The notes under the pieces: generated by a model
Databases searched by the model: none
What the model was told of the DNA's origin: nothing
Seen by the model: the letters and a program-made list of their open reading frames with translations, nothing else
Position numbers and translations under genes: made by a program
Part shown: one piece after another, positions 42,001 through 46,279 of the stretch
Position numbering within the stretch: the stretch's first letter is position 1
Layout of the letters: the number at the start of each line of letters is the position of its first letter
From: Spongospora subterranea f. sp. subterranea
Lineage: Eukaryota
Direction of reading: 5' to 3'
Assembly (NCBI GenBank): GCA_049724395.1
Contig: JAUGWO010000150.1
Coordinates: 62,001-108,279, forward strand
Length of the DNA: 46,279 nt

Positions 42001-45000
42001 ATGGTCATTCGTAACGCGTGCGGGAAACCATCGAGCTATTCGTACGACGTAATATGATGGTCGCCTACGATGTAAGGCAACAATAATGACTCGGATCGGC
42101 AAGATATCTTGCACAACCAATTGGTGATAAATCCGAGTGAGGAGACGATACAAATACACGTCATGACATGACGACTGAAATGCGCGCTCGCATCATCGGA
42201 AGTCGATTTCTTGGGTCAATCAAGATCAACTTGTAAATAGATGAGGAATGCCGGATCGGTCAATCATCAATCGGACTGCCGTTTCAGAATTGACGGCAAT
42301 CGGACAGATGCGATGACAAGCCCAGCGACAGCTGAATGCAATCATGCGCCCTCGCCACTGTCCATATTCAATTTGCCAGATTTCATCTTCATGATATCCG
42401 AGCAGAGGCGGCGGATCTGCCTGAAAAGATGCCGCTTCGACATCACGATCGATTTCGATACCGGGATCAGATGATATCCTGCGAATTCATCGGGGCGATT
42501 CCAGGTATTTGCAAACATTAAATCGTGCAATTCTTTCGCTCTGATCCGATCATCAACCTCTGATGAGGACTTAATTGTGGCAGCCTGCCACCACCGCATG
42601 CCTGCAACATTGCTAGAAGGATGCATGAATCGATCTTCACATACTGTCAATTGATGGCACGAAATGTCAGCTTCTCAAGTTTCAACGTTTCGTCGCTCCG
42701 AATCAACTGTCGTTCCGAGATTGACACAACGCTATCGAGAATCGGAATCGTCCTTGCTCCTTTGGACCGCTCTTGCCTCCGCGTCACATCGCCATATATG
42801 AGAAGACGAATCTTGAATTCCCGTTGGTATCCAACGCATATCTTGATTGCCCTCGAAACAGCTTCGATTCCAATGACGCAACGTCAAATTATCATGGCAA
42901 TGCTCGGAATAACCGCAATCGAACCGCCTCTGGCGAGCCGCAGCCGAGCTTTCTGCTCTCCGAGGCGCCTGTCAGTACAACCAATGCAACCGCTGTTCAT
43001 CCCATCTCTGCTCCAAAAATCGTTCGATCTGGCTCAACATCAACAAGTTCATTCCTGGAATTAGCATATAAATCACTGGTCGAACCTTGGACGTTCGGTC
43101 CACTGAAGGAGAACGTCTTTCCAAATCAAAGGACAGCTGCATTGCCCCTCATAAACGGCCATTTAGCGACATATATCTTGATGACGCCAGTCGAAGAAAT
43201 ATCGACGAACAAGATAATACAGTTGCCCGAATACGATCATCTGCCCACGTATTCGACGCAACCGATCATGATCGATATTCGAGATACAACGCGCCGCCTC
43301 TCGTGCAGGCAAAAAAATCAGCGATGCCATTGAATCGAGGTGATCAGTTCCTTTACGTCTTTCGACACTCTCAGGTGAAACGGCTTGACACGGTCTGGAC
43401 AGCATCTACGACGCCGACGGAAAGAAATCCGCGAAACCAAAATCGCAGTTCTGTTGGAAGGACTACGTCCACCGGCCCTGAAAGCTGCAGTCGAACAGCA
43501 GCTGGAATTCGGTAAACGACATAGTGAAGCACAACGTACCAACCGCATTCAAATTGATTCTGACGACGGCGAAGGACCAGGACAGATTCCAACGCTACGC
43601 CAGATGGAAGTCTGAAGTCAATGATTCGGCGATGAGAAACCGGCGATTCGATCGACTTGGTCAAAGTTCGCTCAATAATTCCTCTCAGACGAAGCGTCAA
43701 AGCAATCCCGCGACGCCAGACCAGGAATCCCGAAGAGGTTCCTGAGGACCTGAAGAAGCGCTACGAAGCAAAGCCGATTCCAGTCAATGGTTGCCTGAAA
43801 CATTGCCGCTTCCTGAGCCGGGGTTCAGATTTCGGTGGCCCCAAGGCGAGGCAAAAGACGCCGGAAAATATTGGCAAGACCGCTCCGACGTTCCTTCTTG
43901 AAATTTCTCAAACGGCACATGCCTGCAGCTCTTGACACCATCAAGTCAGTAACCATATCTGTATCCATCTCAAGTTGAATGACTGGCTCACCGTGCCCTG
44001 CGAACTGGATATAAAATCCAGGGAGCATCAATGGATACGAATCAACTTTGAAACGGATGGTTGACTTCGTGGACGCATTGGTTCGGCATAACAAGTTTTT
44101 TGCCAACATCTTGACCGGTAAACAGGCAACAGGCTCGGCTTGTCGTGACCACGTAAAACGCTCCTCGGCATTTCCAATATCAGTCTCGATTGCTTACCGG
44201 GAATGACGGTAACGATATTTGCCGACGAGAGGTTTACGTGACCAAGGAAAGGCTATCCGATGGCGTTATCCTAATTGGTAAACCCGAGTTGTTTACACTG
44301 GGAATCGATCCAGATGTTCTGCTCCTGAACATTCTGATCCCCGATGCAGTGTCGAATGGACATCTGTCATTCAAGCGGCGTCGTCATGCGATGGAATCAA
44401 ACTCCTCGAACTTCAGGAAGCGACATCAGCTAATCAATCGGGTCTCACTCGGATCTAACACCGCTGGCCTAAGTCCAGACGACGAACCTGGCGAAGATTA
44501 TTTCGTCGACATCGGCCAGGATGTCCTTTCAGTGATATCGAATCCTTGATCTCTAATGTGCGAACGCTCCGTAAAGAACGGTCTTCGACAAGAGCATCGA
44601 GCCCGGCTCCAGTCCGAGGTTTTGAAGCGCGACATGTGGGTCTAAAACTCGGGCGCGATCCGCCAATGAAGGTTACGCCTTGAAGCTGATGCTGAAATCT
44701 GATGCCACTCCTTTAGGTCAAAAAATCGACGATATATTGAAGCGCACCGCACATTCATGCGCGAACATGCGCAGACGTTAGAACGAACGATTTTACATTC
44801 CGCAATCTTCATCGTTTCGCATCTGCATGCCACGTTGTCGAGAAGAAAGACATCGAGCGCCGTGGTTATCGCCTGACTATCAATACGAAGGAGGTCAACA
44901 AATGTACTGAACGTCTTGTTTGGCCCATGCCTTGTAACGCATCTTATCATATCTTCGTAATGCAAAACTTTTTATCATGCTGGACGCCTTCAAAGGGTAC

Positions 45001-46279
45001 TGGCAGTTTCCATTACATCCCGAATCTTGGGAACTTTGTTCTTTCATGACGCATGAGGCAGTCTACACGCCGCGTCGTATAATCCAAGGCCTAGCCGATG
45101 CAGTTTTCGCTTTCCAGGCGGGGATGCAGGAAGTCCTATCTGATTTGCTCTACACATGCGCTCTTCTATGGGTTGACGACATTTTAGGTTATGCCACAAG
45201 CATTGACAACTGGTTTGAAGTTTTGGTCCTCATCTTAGACAATCTGCACTCACATGGCATCAAACTGAACCCAAACCGTTGCGCTCTCTTCTTGACAGAG
45301 GTCAAATGGTGCGGCAGAATGATATCGGAAAAGGGGGTCTCGTTCGATCCCAATTTCGTTTCTTCCCTGAGCGAATTACCGTCACCGATCACTGCTGGCG
45401 ATCTGCAACAATTACTATGTGGACTTAATTGGATGCGCTCAACTATCCCAAGGTTCTCGGAGCTGGTGGATCCACTTCAACAACTGCTGTTGACAGCGTC
45501 CCGCTCGATCGACAGTTTACAGAAATCACAACTAAAGAAGGTCACATTGAAGAATTTGGGCTGGAACCAATCTCATGACAAGTGTTTCGCTCAAATCAAA
45601 TCCACATTGCAGAACTTGGTGACTATGGCCCACATCAACGATGGATATTTACTGTGTGTATTTCCAGATGCATCAAAAGATTTTTGGGCAATTCTCCTGA
45701 CACAGATTCCAACCGAGGATCTAGGAAAATCTGTGGAACGACAACGCCATGAACTATTAGCATGTCTTAGCGGCAGTTTCAAAGGTAGTCAACTGAATTG
45801 GGCGATTATAGAAAAGGAGGCATATCCCATAATTGAAGGGTGCCACCGTTTGAAGCCCTATCTGATTGGGAAGAAGTTTCGTCTTTTTACAGATCACAGA
45901 AACCTAACATTCTTATTTGATCCCAACAGTCGGAGTCTTCCTGTTAGTCGAACCAGCGGAGATCGTCTTGAACGCTGGCAACTCCAATTACGCTCGTTTG
46001 ATTTTGTAATTGAACACATTGATGGAACCACCAACGTCTGGGCCGACATTCTGACTCGATGGGGAGCCCCTGTTTCGGAACCTGTTGTGGCCCATATCAC
46101 CGATGACATCGTCATTTATAACAAGAAACTGGTAGCTTCTTTCGAGGCCTACCACATCGCCAAAGATTTCTTATGGCCAACTCTCGAATCCATCGCAGCG
46201 GATCAATCATCATATCTACAGACAGAACCTACTCATTTACAGTCCGATGGGCTTCATCTCCAGAATCATGTACCCACGA
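39005..46279. other. Probable nanopore fold-back/consensus chimera: noisy inverted copy of ~32147-39000
   Basis: AGCAATACGT at 39005-39014, then collinear reverse-complement anchors: 37085-37105/41165-41187, 36165-36300/42035-42168, 35787-35805/42871-42889, 33915-33949/44392-44426 and 32147-32703/45717-46279. Confidence 0.8.
43300..46279 (+). mobile_element. Ty3/Gypsy gag-pol of the element A family (gag end, protease, RT, RNase H), running off the window; location possibly artefactual
   Basis: LLEGLRPPALK (gag), LDAFKGYWQFPL...LLWVDDILG (RT), and VFPDASK, IEKEAYP, FTDHRNL, NVWADILTRWG (RNase H). The last 560 bp are nearly identical to 32147-32703 inverted. Confidence 0.9.

Noticed and set aside
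42035..42168. Third, inverted copy of the 146-bp repeat as an independent mobile or guide-RNA cassette, or as the 5' LTR of the downstream Gypsy
   Set aside because: It lies on the same anti-diagonal as the other fold-back anchors, and its flanks also mirror the flanks of copy 2. It does not resemble element A's LTR.
39560..43333. Numerous 60-190 aa ORFs
   Set aside because: No recognisable motifs or splice structure, and the region is a mosaic of inverted upstream sequence.
44392..44426. 35-nt antisense 'captured spacer' of element B gag inside another retroelement
   Set aside because: It looks like an anti-TE guide, but degraded similarity extends to ~44335 and it fits the fold-back diagonal. 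A consensus artefact is the simpler explanation.

Overview
This is eukaryotic nuclear DNA from a compact genome with many ~50-nt GT-AG introns. A flagellar DRC2-like gene and ankyrin fragments suggest a zoosporic protist such as a plasmodiophorid; this is inference only. The window has three parts. (1) 1-23.6 kb: a 60-bp tandem array followed by densely packed conserved genes: PEX14 with an unusual C-terminal PUB domain, TMEM151-like, UNC-93-like MFS, an unknown membrane protein, DRC2/CCDC65-like, an M13 metallopeptidase, TAD2/ADAT2, a MYST acetyltransferase, a single-chromodomain protein, ARMC8-like, a probably inactive aldo-keto reductase and TVP38/TMEM64. (2) 24-39 kb: an accessory region with a secreted protein carrying three copies of an unrecognised Cys/Trp module, a nest of LTR retroelements (Copia, a chromodomain Gypsy and a second Gypsy) and ankyrin fragments. 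(3) 39.0-46.3 kb: very likely a long-read assembly artefact. A nanopore-adapter-like 10-mer sits at the centre of a giant, noisy inverted copy of 32-39 kb, blended with Gypsy gag-pol sequence. Single-base homopolymer indels in conserved genes also point to an unpolished long-read assembly. All family calls are by motif recognition, not database search.
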